DNA of 64,000 nucleotides. It comes from Phyllobates terribilis (Eukaryota). A model generated the notes under the pieces. The model saw only the letters and a list, made by a program, of their open reading frames with translations, searched no databases and was not told the origin of the DNA. Shown piece after piece: positions 36,729-49,926 of the stretch. A program made the translations under genes and the position numbers. The DNA lies in assembly GCF_046119375.1 (NCBI RefSeq), contig NW_027362765.1, forward strand, positions 428,110,001 to 428,174,000, written 5' to 3'. The first letter of the stretch is position 1; each line of letters begins with the position of its first letter.

Positions 36729-39700
36729 ATGGGCAAGGCGCGTGGCAAGGGACATGGAAGTGGACTTTCTTGTGATGGTGTGTGCAGAGCACGGGGCCAT
36801 GGCCAAGGTGAAAATGTGCCACAACCAACAGCCACATCTTCTCGCTCCCACTTCTTGACCGAATTACTAGGGAAGCACAGAACAACACCAGTATTGCGAA
36901 CTGATCAGTGTGAACAGGTTATTAATTGGATAGCAGATAATACTTCCAGTTACCTGGGCACTGTTAGAACCTTGCTCTTAGGTTTTTTCCTTTGCTGGTC
37001 ACATGACCTTGTTGGCCTATTTAATCCTGCTCCGCCCTTCTGGCTTTGCTGAACTTCATTGTATAACTACTTTCTAGCTAGCCTGTGCTCTGTATCTAAC
37101 TCTGTTAGTTTGCTTGGTCTACGGACCTCTATGTTCTATATATTTTGTTTGTTCGTCTGTCTGCTACTATTTCTGTTAGGAGGTGTCCCATTTTCCTCCC
37201 AGTCCTTAGTACTTGTAGGGATTCCTTCCCCACATCTATAGGTCTCCGTACAGACTAGCTTAGGACTTTAGCAGGTCTGATCGCAGGATCAGGTCCCCTG
37301 TTACATCGTAGGGATTAAGCTGAGTTCTATCGTAGGGACAGATCTCCTCTCTTTCCTTAGCTCTGGTAGCAGAACATAACAGGCACCACCATCTCCGGTC
37401 TGTCTTCCACACGGTCAACTCTTAGTAGCCGTGAGTCTCGACCACATACTCCTCCTCGCCCTGATGCTCCTTCATCCCACCATGCCGAGTGTCGTCAGAC
37501 AGCAACTGATCCCACACTTGGACACTCTGAAGAGCTGTTCACTGGTCCATTTCCAGATTTGTGCCCCTCGCCTGCTCCGCTTGAAGTGGTGGAAGAGGAG
37601 ATCCCATGTAGCGATGCCCAAATATTTGATCAGCCACGGCCACAGGAAGTCGACGCTGGCAATTTGTCACAAGATGTGGACGATGACGAGACACAATTGC
37701 CAGGAAGTGAGGAGGAGGATCGTGGTGCGCAAGTGGAAGAGGAGGAGGTGGTGGATGATCTAGTAACTGACCCAATGTGGCAAGAGGGTATGCAGAGCGA
37801 GGCCAGCAGCACACAGGGTGAGGGAGGCAGAGTACCCCAATAGGCAGGAAGAAGCAGTGTGGTGGCCGCACACAGAAGGCGGGCAACAGTTCCCCGTAAC
37901 ACTAACAGGAGGGACGTTGCCAGTACAACTGGTATGTCTTCCAGAGTCTGGAATTTATTTAAAGACTCTGCTGATAACCCCAAAAAGGCCATTTGTACCA
38001 CCTGCCATGCCAGCATCAGCAGGGGTGGCAAAACTACCAGCCTGACCACCACCAGCATGATCAGGCACATGGCAGCAAAGCACCCGACTTTGTGGGGCGA
38101 ACCCCAGGGTCCACGTCCAGTGTCAGCGGGTGTCACTACTGCTTCTTCTGCTGTTGTGCGTTTAATAGAACCCCCTGTTGTGTGTGCAAGGCAATCCCCT
38201 GTCCATACTGCATGCAAAGATGCCCCTCCTCTCAGTCTTCACTTGTTATGGCAGTTTCTCAAGAAACAGCATCAACGTCCACGTCCCACCGCAGCGTTCA
38301 GTTGTCCATATCCCGGACCTTTGAACGAAAGCGGAAATTCGCAGCTAAAGCCCCACAGGCCACAGTCCTAAATTCGCACATTTCACGACTGCTTGCGTTG
38401 GAAATGCTGCCGTTTAGGCTGGTGGAGACGGAATCCTTCCGCAACCTTATGGCGGTGGCCGTCCCTCGGTACTCGGTCCCCAGCCGACACTATTTTGCCC
38501 GGTGTGCCATCCCCGCACTACACAAGCACGTGTCCCAAAACATCTGCCATGCCCTCAACAACGCAGTTACTGGGAGAGTCCACCTGACAACGGACACGTG
38601 GACAAGTGCTTGTGGCCAGGGACGGTACATCTCCCTGACGGCACACTGGGTAAACATACTTGAAGCCGGGACCCAGTCGGACCTTGGGGCGGAACACATC
38701 CTCCCCACAGGATTGCGGGCCCTATGTCAGTCAGAGTTGCCCCCACAGTGTACAGCTCCTGCGCATCATCCTCCTTCTCCTCCTCATGTTCAGCCTCCAT
38801 CTCAGATATCACCACATCGGTTACAAGCTGGAAGCACTGCAGTACTGCTTCCGCCAAGCGGCAACAGGCTGTGCTGAAACTCATAAGCTTAGGTGAGAAA
38901 CCTCACACTGCTTGTGAGTTGTGGACAGCTGTGAAAGAGCAGGCAGATCTGTGGCTGAGACCGCTGAACCTACATCCAGGCATGGTCGTGTGTGACAATG
39001 GCCGTAACCTGGTGGCGGCACTGAGGCGAGACAAGATCACACACGTACCATGCCTGGCTCATGTGCTTAACCTCGTGGTTCAGCGGTTTCTTAAATCGTA
39101 CCTCGAGTTGCCAGATCTGCTCATGAAAGTACGCCGCCTGTCAGCTCATGTCGGCTACAGCTTCCGCCACCCTTGCTGTGTTGCAGCAGCGTTTGCAGCT
39201 TCCGTCACACCGACTGGTGTGTGATGTCCCCACACGTTGGAACTCTACCCTTCACATGTTGCAAAGGATTGGTGAGCAGAAGAGAGCAGTTGTGGAGTAC
39301 CAGCTGCAACAAGGCCATCGATATTCAGGTCAGACTCCACACATAAGACCTCAGGAGTGGACCTGGATGTCTCACATATGTACCATCTAGACAAACTTTG
39401 AGGAGTCCACCAAGATGGTGAGTGGCGATGACGCCATCATTAGCGTCTGCATCCTACTTGCCTGTCTTTTGCAATGCTCTCTGCAGAGAATTAAAGAGGA
39501 GGCATTGCAGCCAGAGTAAGATGAGATGGATCAAGAAGCCATAGCGGTCGATTACACACAGCCCAGCCTCATCTCATCCCAACGTGCATTGGGGGACAAT
39601 GAGGGAGAGGAGGAGGAGGAGGAGGAGGAGGAAGAACAGGAGCTTGTATCATGCGCTGTAGACGGTAGTGCCTGTACAACTGTCATACCGTCGGTTCAGC

Positions 39701-40500
39701 GTGGGTGGCCTGAGGACAGTGGGGAGGAGGAGAAGGAGGAGGAGAGCATGGTCAGTCGTCATCTTGGTGAGGACACGGAAGTCTTGCCCGTTACCAGTCT
39801 GGCACGCATGGCTGACTTTATGTTACGCTGCCTTAACCGTGACCCTCGCGTTGTCAAAATGTTGGGTGACAGTCATTACTGGTTGGTGACACTTTTAGAC
39901 CCCCTCTACAAGGAGAACTTTCACTCTCTTATTCCTGAGGTGGAGAGGTCTACAAAAATGGGGCAGTACCAGAAGTCCCTTGCTGCAGAACTGTTAAAAA
40001 AATTCCCATCTGAACACGCTAGCGGCAGAGGTCACAGTTCGTTGACCAACCAAGGCGTACAAGCGAGAGAGAGGCAATTCCAATCCAGCTTAGGCAGGGG
40101 AACACTGTCAACGTTCTGGGACAGTTTTCTGAGACCCGCCCAGCTTACAAGCCCTGAGGCGCGGGGTACTCTCACAAGGAGTGGAAAGTTTCAAAAGATG
40201 GTGAGGGAGTACCTTGCCTACCGTACCAGCGTCCTCCGTGATTCCTCTGTGCCTTTTAATTATTGGGTATCCAAGCTGGACACTTGGAATGAACTCGCTC
40301 TGTATGCCTTGGAGGTCCTGGCCTGCCCTGCCGCTAGTGTGTTATCAGAGCGTGTTTTTAGTGCCGCTGGGGAAATTATAGCTGATAAGCGCACTTGCCT
40401 GTCAACTGACAATGCTGACAAGCTGACACTTATAAAAATGAACAAGGGCTGGAATGGGCCAGACTTCTCATCACCACCAAATGACAGCAGAGTAACATAA
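36729..40500 (+). pseudogene. hAT transposase pseudogene (element B)
   Basis: MGKARGKG...; BED finger ICTTC..HMAAKH; HLTTDTWTS; VCDNGRNL; DVPTRWNST; SERVFSAAG. Several stops and frameshifts plus an LTR insertion. Confidence 0.92.
36962..37381 (+). mobile_element. Solo LTR (420 bp, Gypsy-like) inside transposase B
   Basis: TG...CA termini; 5-bp TSD GGCAC at 36957-36961 and 37382-37386. The empty site is present in sibling C (~57570-57585, rc). Confidence 0.88.
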
Positions 40501-40789
40501 AGTCAAATCCACTGTGTTGTTTCGGGAGGTGTATTCACATGCACCGCTTCACACCCACACATGGGTATACTCTTCCTCATTTTGGCTGTTTTATGTTCTT
40601 CTCCATATCCTCAGCCTCCACCACCACTATACCACCGTGGTCCGTGTGGCCATTATTGAAAGTTCCTCCGTCCTTATTTTTGTCAGCTTTTGCATGGAAG
40701 GCATAAGCAAAGACTGTGGGAGACCCACTCCCCAATAATGGGAATAATATTTTTAAGATGCTGTACTGTATGGCTCTTGTAAGGGGCAT

Positions 40790-42800
40790 TAAAAGCGTCT
40801 TGTTAAGCTACTGCGACCTCCACCACTTTTCTGAGGGGCATTAAAAGGGTCTTGTTAAGCTACTGGGACCTCCACGTCTCTTCCAAGCGGCATTCAAACC
40901 GTCTTGTTAAGCTACTGTGACCTCCACTACTTTTCCAAGGGGCATTAAAACCGTCTTGTTAAGCTACTGGGACCTCCACGTCTCTTCTGAGGGGCATTAA
41001 AAGAGTCTTGTTAAGCTACTGTGACCTCCACCACTTTTCCGAGGGGCATTAAAAGCATCTTGTTTAACCACGCTGAACTCCACAGCTCTTCCAAGGGGCA
41101 TTGAAATGTTATTTTTAATTAACTCTAACCTCCACGACTCTTTGAACGGGCATTGCATTTGCTCCTAATTTTTGGCAGCTTTTGCTTGGAAGGCATAAGC
41201 AAATACTATGGGAGACCCACTCCCCAATAATGGGAATAATGTTTGTAATATGCTGTACTGCATGGCTCTTGTAAGGGGCATGGCAAGTTCCTCCATCCTA
41301 ATTTTTGGCAGCTTTTGCTTGGAAGGCATAAGCAAATACTTTGGGAGACACACTCCCCAATAATGGGAATAATGTTTGTAATATGCTGTACTGCATGGCT
41401 CTTGTAAGGGGCATGGCAAGTTCCTCCATCCTAATTTTTGGCAGCTTTTGCTTGGAAGGCATAAGCAAATACTATGGGAGACCCACTCCCCAATAATGGG
41501 AATAATGTTTGTAATATGATGTACTGCATGGCTCTTGTAAGGGGCATGGCAAGTTCCTCCATCCTAATTTTTGGCAGCTTTTGCTTGGAAGGCATAAGCA
41601 AATACTTTGGGAGACACACTCCCCAATAATGGGAATAATGTTTGTAATATGCTGTACTGCATGGCTCTTGTAAGGGGCATTGCAAGTTCCTCCATCCTAA
41701 TTTTTGGCAGCTTTTGCTTGGAAGGCATAAGCAAATACTATGGGAGACACACTCCCCAATAATGGGAATAATGTTTGTCATATGCTGTACTGCATGGCTC
41801 TTGTAAGGGGCATTGCAAGTTCCTCCGTCCTAATTTTTGGCAGCTTTTGCTTGGAAGGCATAAGCAAATACTATGGGAGACCCACTTCCCAATAATGGGA
41901 ATAATGTTTGTAATATGCTGTACTGCATGGCTCTTGTAAGGGGCATTGCAAGTTTCTCCGTCCTAATTTTTGGCAGCTTTTGCTTGGAAGGCATAAGCAA
42001 ATACTATGGGAGACACACTCCCCAATAATGGGAATAATGTTTGTAATATGTTGTACTGCATGGCTCTTGTAAGGGGCATTGCAAGTTCCTCCATCCTAAT
42101 TTTTGGCTGCTTTTGCTTGGAAGGCATAAGCAAATACTATGGGAGACCCACTTCCCAATAATGGGAATAATGTTTATAATATGCTGTACTGCATGACTCT
42201 TGTAAGGGGCATTGCAAGTTCCTCCATCCTAATTTTTGGCAGCTTTTGCTTGGAAGGCATAAGCAAATACTATGGGAGACCCACTCCCCAATAATGGGAA
42301 TAATGTTTGTAATATGCTGTACTGCATGGCTCTTGTAAGGGGCATTGCAAGTTCCTCCGTCCTAATTTTTGGCAGCTTTTGCTTGGAAGGCATAAGCAAA
42401 GACTATAGGAGACCCACTCCTGAATAATGGGAATAATGTTTTTAAGATGCTGTACTGTATGGCTCTTGTAAGGGGCATTAAAAGCGTCTTGTTAAGCTAC
42501 TGTGACCTCCGCCACTTTTCCGAGGGGCATTAAAAGCGTCTTGTTAAGCTACTGGGACCTCCACGTCTCTTCCAAGGGTCATTCAAACCATCTTGTTAAG
42601 CTACTGGGACCTCCATGTCTCTTTCAAGGGGCAATCAAACCGTCTTGTTAAGCTACTGTGACCTCCACGTCTCTTCAAAGGGGCATTAAAAGCGTCTTCT
42701 TAAGCCACTCTGAACTCCACAGCTCTTCCAAGGGGCATTGAAATGTTGTTTTTAATTACCTCTAACCTCCACGACTCTTCCAACGGGCATTGCATTTCCT
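40790..42800. repeat. Composite array in B: ~7 x 52 bp, ~10 x 133 bp, ~6 x 52 bp
   Basis: TTTTTGGCAGC recurs at 41169, 41302 and 41435. The flanking AAGGGGCATTAAAA..GTCTTGTTAAGCTACTG units have a ~52-bp period. Confidence 0.9.
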
Positions 42801-44792
42801 CCTAATTTTAGTCAGCTTTTGCTTTTCAATGCAAAGGCGAAAACTAAGGGAGACCCACTTCCCAATAATGGGTAGAAGGTTTTTAGTATGCTGTAATCCA
42901 CATCTGTTTCAAGGGGCATTGCAGTTCCTCATAATTTTCGGAAAGCCTTCCATTCACTGCTTAGGCCAACAGTGTACAGGAGGCCCAGTTGCTATAAATG
43001 GAAAAAATGGTTTAGTTAGGGCCCTCTGACCTCCATGTCATTTCCAAGGGGCATTGGAGTGCCTCAAAATTTTTGGTAGGCATTGCACTCACTGTATGCC
43101 CTATAACTGTGTAGCTGAACCGCTCCTTTTGTTACAGAAACATATCCTACAAGACATATGTGGTTGACTGGCCTGATATTGATGTGAATGGTCCCTGTTC
43201 CTCCTGCTCTTTCTCCTTTGCCACTACCTCATCCATTATTTATCACTTGAAGCTTTGTTTTAACGGGAGTCATAGAACTGGGATAGTAGCAGGAAAACAT
43301 CCAGCAATCCTCGGAGGAGGTAGGATATGCGCCAAAACGCTGACCTCCTCAGGCCTAGCCACTACTACATACATGTGCTTGCATTCCAAGAAAACAAAGC
43401 AAATGCTAACTTCTACCATCATCATCATGCTCCTAACCTTGGCATTCTCAACTCCCCTGATGGAGAAGCCAGGGCCCACAGGAGGAGTCTGGTTCTCTGG
43501 TGGGCTCGTCCAATGCTGCCCTAAAGCAGGCCGGGCTAAGAAAAGTGGGTGGGGGGAAGTTGACAGGAGAAATAGGGGCGGCTGGGGACCGTTTATGGAC
43601 AACTGGCTGCCCCCAGGCGGCTGGGGACCGTGTGTGGACACCCGGCCGCGGGGTGGCTGGGGACCGAGTGTGGACACCCGGCCGCCGGGCAGCTGGGGAC
43701 TGAGTATGGATACCAGGCCGCCAACGCAGCCATGACGTGGTGGCCAGATTCCGCCTCCACATTCCTAAAAGGCCCAATTTCAAGTGCAAGCAAGCAGTAT
43801 GGTATTGCAGCCTGGGGGTGGGTGGCAGGCTGCATATTTGTGCTTGCATTGCAAGGAATGGGGGAGGTACAATTGAACACTGCCCTGGGACAAGAACTTG
43901 CATGGGGATAGTTGGAAGTCTGCATCTTCTGATGCAGCAAGGATGACTTCTGATGGGCACACTTTTAGGCAGTGACCTGGGTGTCAGACATGCTTCCAGG
44001 GGTCTTCCTCATGCTGTTCCCATGTCTTTTCAGCACTGTATGCATGTGTCACACAGCACATAGCCAGATAAGGTTGTAAAATGTTAAAATGACATTCCCG
44101 GTGAATGCATTTGAAAGCATTACAAAAGTGCATAAAAAATGCTACTTGTGAACATAGCCCAAGGTGTGGAGGAGTATTTTGTTTTAGTTATTTATTTTAC
44201 CTTATACACAAGTCTTTACCCTGGAAAGGAACTTCCTTAACATATTTCACAGGAAAGCAGTTTCGTTTTTGAACGTTTTACTGTGAGCCCTTAAGTGTGG
44301 CTTAATACCTCTGACCACGTTGTTGTCAGTAGTGCCCTGGGGGTCAGAAATGCTTCCTGGGGCGATCCCCATGCTGTCCCCATGTCATTTGAGCACTGTC
44401 ACTATCGTTTTGGGCACTTGTTAGGCCTTTAAAAGACTGCTGGGGGTGCCGCCACAAAAATGCTCGGGTCTCCCATAGACTAACATTGGGCTCGTTGCTC
44501 GGATCGAGCACCCGAGTATCACGGCGAGCTCGGCCCGAGCTTCGAGCACCCGAGCATTTTAGTGCTCGCTCAACACTACAAATTACCTAAAGTTCGCCTG
44601 TATAATTTTCGGGTCCTGAACATACCACCAAGAAAGAATATGTGAATGAAAGTTTACAGAAGGGTCATATCCTTCCTTCCTCCTTGCCTGTAGCAACTGG
44701 ATTTTTCTTTGTTAAAAAGAAAGAAGGGCAGTCTCTGTCCGTGCCTCAATTTCTGTGAGTTAAAATTGCATTTAAAAATACATACCCATTTC

Positions 44793-46746
44793 CAGGGCTG
44801 CCACAAGGAATTTCGGGGGCCCCATACTGGCAACATTTTGGGACCCCTTTGACACTTCACCCAGGTTCCACCTCAACTCCATCTCCACCCCTTGAACCTT
44901 ACACATTCCCACCACCCACTCTTGGAAAAACTCCATTTGTGCACCACGTCCTCACCAATCACACATTAATAGTTCCCATTGAACACCATATCACAGAGTA
45001 ACCACAGCATGTATCACCCATATCTGCTAATAAAAGTCCACATTTACATCTCCGGGCTAAAAATGGAGCAAGTTGAATAATAGAGCTGAAGCAGCGCTCC
45101 AGTGGAAATAAGTGATAAAGGCCGAATCGTTCCAGATCAGATGGGGGAGTAAAGTCTGTATCACTTATTTTCATTGAAGTGCTGTTTCCATTCTATTTTT
45201 TCCTAAATTGAAGGTTTTTGGCTGGTTGCTGATATTTTTCCATATATCTCTCTATATCTATAGCAAAAAATACGACAGACAGCACTCCAAAAGTTCTTTA
45301 AAAAAATATGGACTTTATTAGCCCAGTGTGTCTAATAAACCTTCATCACTGCTTGACTGCAACCGAAACGTCGCCACGCCGGGATAATAAAATCCATATT
45401 TTTTCAAAGAACTTTTGGAGTGCTGTCAGTTGTTTTTTTTGCTATACTGTCTATACTTATGGATATCTGTTTGGGGGCATTGCACCCGATATTTTGAAGA
45501 TATGGTGCTGCTCCAATTTTGGCTCTCTCTATATCAATAGATTTATATATAGCGCAACTTTATGTAACTGCATATTATGGTTGAGGCCCTCTGTCTATAT
45601 ACACACATGTATGCTTATATATATAGGGCAGACTGAGGTTCTGGTCCCATACTGAGAACACTAGCCAAGGGAAGCTCTTAAATGTGTTATCCAGCTTTAG
45701 AAACCTCAGTCTGCCCTTATTCACACAGATGGTCAACTTTCACACATGGTAAGGTTTTTAATATTAGACAGAGTAGGTTCTATCCCGAACGGGTTCACCT
45801 TGTTGCTGGTGGGATAGCTTTCATACTATTTTTGATCGAAAACAGTGTTACTAAGAACCCTATTTTATTTAAATGCACTTGCTTTCTATTTATTTACAGC
45901 AGGGTTTATTTTCATTTTGCTTCTTGTAGGGTTTTCTGATTCATGGCCATTGTGAAACATGCCCTTATGTGCTGCATGTATACTATTTTAAACCAAGCTC
46001 AAATTTTGTGTGTTTTTTTTTAAATAGTATACAGTGTATAGTGTCAGTGACATGTCTAGTTAAAGTTCTTCATCTTTGATTATCCTCGTCCAGAGGAGAC
46101 CACCAACCCTTCTTCCAGCCATGAGTCATCTCTGCAGAAAATAACACAGTTATCTAGAGCACCGCTTCCAGAGCACATTCCCTAATTTTTCCCCAAATTC
46201 TGCACTACACCAGATCAAGAAAAAAGAGACATTGTGCCGCCCTGCACAGTAACAGGACCTACTCCCTTTGAAAATAGTAACCTCAAAAATAAAATACATC
46301 ACAGCAGTAGTATTATCTCTAAATTAGACCCTGTAGTAATAATGTCCCACATTCTGGCCTCTTCTGGTAATAATGTCCCACATTCTGACCCCCACGTGTG
46401 CGGCTTTTCAGTGCAAGCAAATTAAAAAAAAAATTCTTCTTACCTGGCCGTAGTCCAGTGACATCTTCTTCCTTATTGATATGCGTCAGTTGCCAGCCTC
46501 TGATTGGCGGCGGCTGTTAACCATTGCCGTGCATTAAGCCGGTGGCTTTCTGCATGGTAATATATTGAACCGGCCCCACCTACCCCTGCCCCTAGGACCC
46601 GGTGAGCTGAAGCAAAAGAGGGGTGGACCTGGACTGAATGAGACACGTGCCCAGCGTGTCTCACCTAATTCGGGCCCCCCCCCTTTGCTTCTGTTCACTA
46701 GGCCCCATACACCAGTAAGGGTAGTAATGCCCTCAATGTGGCCCTG
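44793..46746. mobile_element. Non-autonomous hAT-type insertion in the Gypsy RT
   Basis: CAGGGC...GCCCTG ends; 8-bp TSD CCCATTTC / CCCACTTC (7/8). Removing it restores NTYPLPLIP. Confidence 0.75.
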
Positions 46747-47231
46747 CCCACTTCCACTAATCCCCGGCCTATATAATCAACTAACTGGTGCTAATTGTTG
46801 TTGTAAACTAGATCTTAGAGGGTCTTCTAATTTGATATGTATCTGGAAGGGTGATGAATGGAAAACAGCGTTTTTAACGTCTGAGGGTCTATTTGGAAAT
46901 CTTGGCATGCCTTTTGGGTTAACCAATGCCCCAGCAGTTTTTAAAAACTTTATGAAAGATATATTTTCTGATTGTATTGGAAGGTTTGTTGTGGTACATC
47001 TGGAAGTCATTCTCATTTTATCCCGTGATCTGGATTCGCACTATGAACATGTCCATTTTGTTTTACAAAAACTTAGGGAAAATTCTTTGTTTGCTTTTCT
47101 AAATTGGAGAAATGTACTTTTTATGTTCAAGAAATATCGTTTCTGGGGTTCATTGTATCAGATGAATGCTTTAAGATGGATCCTGGGAAGGTGCAGGCCA
47201 TAATTGATTGAGTTCAACTTCAAGACCTTAA

Positions 47232-47480
47232 AACAAGGGTGGGGAACCTTTTTTCTGCCAAGACCATTTGGAAATTTTCCAGGACTGGGGCACAGTCAAC
47301 TCTTTGTGATAACAATTTTTGTAAAGCAAATACATCACATAGGAGATTCTGGGACTGCTTTATATAAATCACAGGAGACGCTGGGGGCATATACATCCCT
47401 GGGGAGGGTTGGGGGCCATAGACATCACTGGAAGGCATACACATCACTGAAGAGGCTGGGGGTATAGACATCACTGGTGA
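47232..47480. mobile_element. Truncated Charlie-like hAT MITE end with a short minisatellite
   Basis: GGGTGGGGAACCTTTTTTCTGCCAAG start; GGGGGCATAGACATCACTGG repeats. Confidence 0.4.
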
Positions 47481-47861
47481 AGGGCTGCCACTGCTCTTCT
47501 CATCTCATCGCATCACACGCTAACTCCACCTACAAAGTATGTCCTCACCCTGGAACTGACTCTCCAAATACATTGTTTATTACATAGAATACCAATTGTG
47601 CAAAATAAAATATATAGGTTGAACTACAAGAAAATAATAAAAAAAAGAATTGCGGAACATGTTGCAAATATTATCAACAACAACAGCGAATACTCAGGTG
47701 CAACAAAATATTTTGTCCCTGTTCATAATCACACACATTTTGCGTTTTTTGGCATTGAAGAAGTTGCTTACCCTTGACGTGGTGGAGATTGGTTAAAACA
47801 TCTTACTTTGAGAGAATCATATAGGATTTATGTTTAGATACCAAATTACTACCTAGTGGGA

Positions 47862-48310
47862 TGTCACAATACTGTAGCAGGATTTACCAGGGCAATGGTC
47901 TCCTTCCCTGTCCCTCAAGCTAGTGGGGCCCTTGGCTATTCCTGTTCCCCAGATTACCCCAGATAATGGAGATGCTGGGGCCTTGTACCTTGCTATGCTG
48001 CTAAATGCACTCTGAACTGTTTCATCCCCCACCCAAGGAGGTATGGGACAGATGTGTATAGGATAGCATAGCAGACAGACAGGGAAAACAGACAAGGACA
48101 AAAGGAAACTGCAATCATACAAATACTCTCAAAAAATAAAAAAGTGGAAATCAAGAGAACAGTAGGAGGGACCAACCAAATGGGAAGAGGATAAGGATAT
48201 ACAGAATACCAAAACCATGCAGATATTTCCTTGAAAAAAAATACCAACAGACTGCTACAAATATGGACTACTCCTTCAACACCAAACTTGGCAGTTGTAA
48301 ACTGTCACCA
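47862..48310. mobile_element. LTR-like fragment (anuran Gypsy type)
   Basis: TGTCAC start and CCCTGTCCCT..CTAG..GGGGCCCT..GCTAT..CCTG blocks resembling frog Gypsy LTRs (recall only). Confidence 0.45.
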
Positions 48311-48973
48311 GCAGAGAACAGAAGCAGGAGTGAGGTTGTAATTGTTTTACTCTGAGATTGTGCTCTAACCAGGGCCCCACAATAGAAAATCAAATTTTTT
48401 CTGGCACTACCGTGGTACAGAAACCATGCCACATTTCAGTTTTTAATTATTTTGTGCTAGTATTGTCCACTAGCTAGGAATCCACATTTCAAAATCTAAA
48501 TTCTTTGTGCTAATAGCGTGGTCCAGAAACCAGGCCACATTTCAGCCTATAAATATTTTCTGTAATATTGTGCTTCATCCAGGAGTCCCAATTTCTGAAT
48601 CAAAATTGGTTGTGCTAATAGCATGGTGCTGAAACCAGGCCACATTTCAGCATTGGACAGGGCTTAGAGCAGCATTTCTAGCTTAAACTTTGATCAGTAA
48701 CAGGTGGATGAATGACAGGTGCTCTGAGAGCTGGGCAACACACATTAATGAGACCCCACTTGGAGACCAAACATTTCCAAGAATTATGGGAAGATACCAC
48801 TAAAGTGAAATCAATTTTTATTTATTTATTTTACTCACTTATATAGCACCATTAATTCCACAGCGCTTTACAGACCTTATAAATTTCCCCAGAATTGAAA
48901 TAGTATAATGGGGCTGTGACACCCTTCCCCTACAGGAAATCCACCAGATGGAGACCCAACTTGGAGTCTCCAC

Positions 48974-49590
48974 TAGTGATGAGTGAGCACTAAAATGTTC
49001 GGGTACTCGTTGTTCGAATCGAGCAAATTGGAATGTTTGAGTGCTCAGACCGAATAACGAGCCCAATGTAAGTCTTTGGGAAACTCGAGCATTTTACCGG
49101 CGGCTCCCCCCGGCGGTCTGCAGAGGGACTAAAAATTGCCCAAATTAATGGGAACAGTGCTCAAATGACATGGGAACAGCATGGGGAAGACCCCTGGAAG
49201 CATTTCTGACTCCCAGGACACTGCTGTGAACAATGTTGTCAGAGTCGTACGCAACTTTTACACACTCACAATAAAACATGCAAAAATGAAACTAAAATGA
49301 ATTTTCCTGGGAAATATGTTAAGGAACATCCTTTTCAGGATAATGACTTGTGTATAAGGCAAAATAAATAACCAAAAACAAAAATGCTCCTCTGCACCTT
49401 GGGCTATGTTCACATGTAGCATTTTTGATGCATTTTTTTACTTTTGCATTGCTTTCAATGGTGAAAAAACATTAACCGGTGAAAAAACATTTACCAGTAA
49501 ATATCATTTTAACATTTTACTACCTTATCTGGCCATGTGGTGTGTGACACATCCTGTTTCATTTATGATGGAGGAACTCTGAAAGTCACA
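48974..49590 (-). mobile_element. Terminal fragment D of the hAT B/C family
   Basis: TAGTGATGAGTGAGCACTAAAATG..., colinear with 49927-50470. Confidence 0.8.
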
Positions 49591-49689
49591 AAGACTATTT
49601 TTATAGGGCCATCAGGCGGCCCTTACTATTCTTAAAGGGCCAGCAGGCAGCTATGCTTTGTTGTTCCCATTATTAACGAGTGGGTCTCC

Positions 49690-49926
49690 TGTTAGCACCC
49701 TCCTGTTTGTTTTTTCCATCTTGTGTTTTGCGGTCACGTGACCACCTGCCATTATATTCCAGCTCCGCCCTTCTGGCTGTGCTGGACTTCAGTGTTGTTT
49801 GAATGTCTTTCTAGCCAGGTGCTTCGGTGCCTATCTCTGTCAGTTCGCTTAGTCCTTCTGGGACCTCTAGTACCTTTCTGTCTGTTTGTCTTTTTTGTGT
49901 TCTGCAACAACTTCTATGTTTAGGAG
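49690..49926 (+). mobile_element. 5' part of a Gypsy LTR, cut by hAT C
   Basis: TGTTAG start; GGTCACGTGACC..CTCCGCCCTTCTGGCT(G/T)TGCTG shared with the solo LTR at 36962. Confidence 0.7.

Larger units (their letters stand above)
34595..44578 (+). mobile_element. hAT element B (~10 kb), full length, transposase disrupted
   Basis: Perfect TIRs TAGTGTTGAGCGAGCA / TGCTCGCTCAACACTA. 8-bp TSD TAAATTAC / CAAATTAC (7/8). GCTCG/CGAGC subterminal repeats. Confidence 0.92.

Noticed and set aside
43160-43960. Novel Gly/Trp/Pro-rich proteins in ORFs of 135-191 aa
   Set aside because: They arise from short repeats derived from antisense transposase sequence, and the frames are not conserved between siblings B and C.
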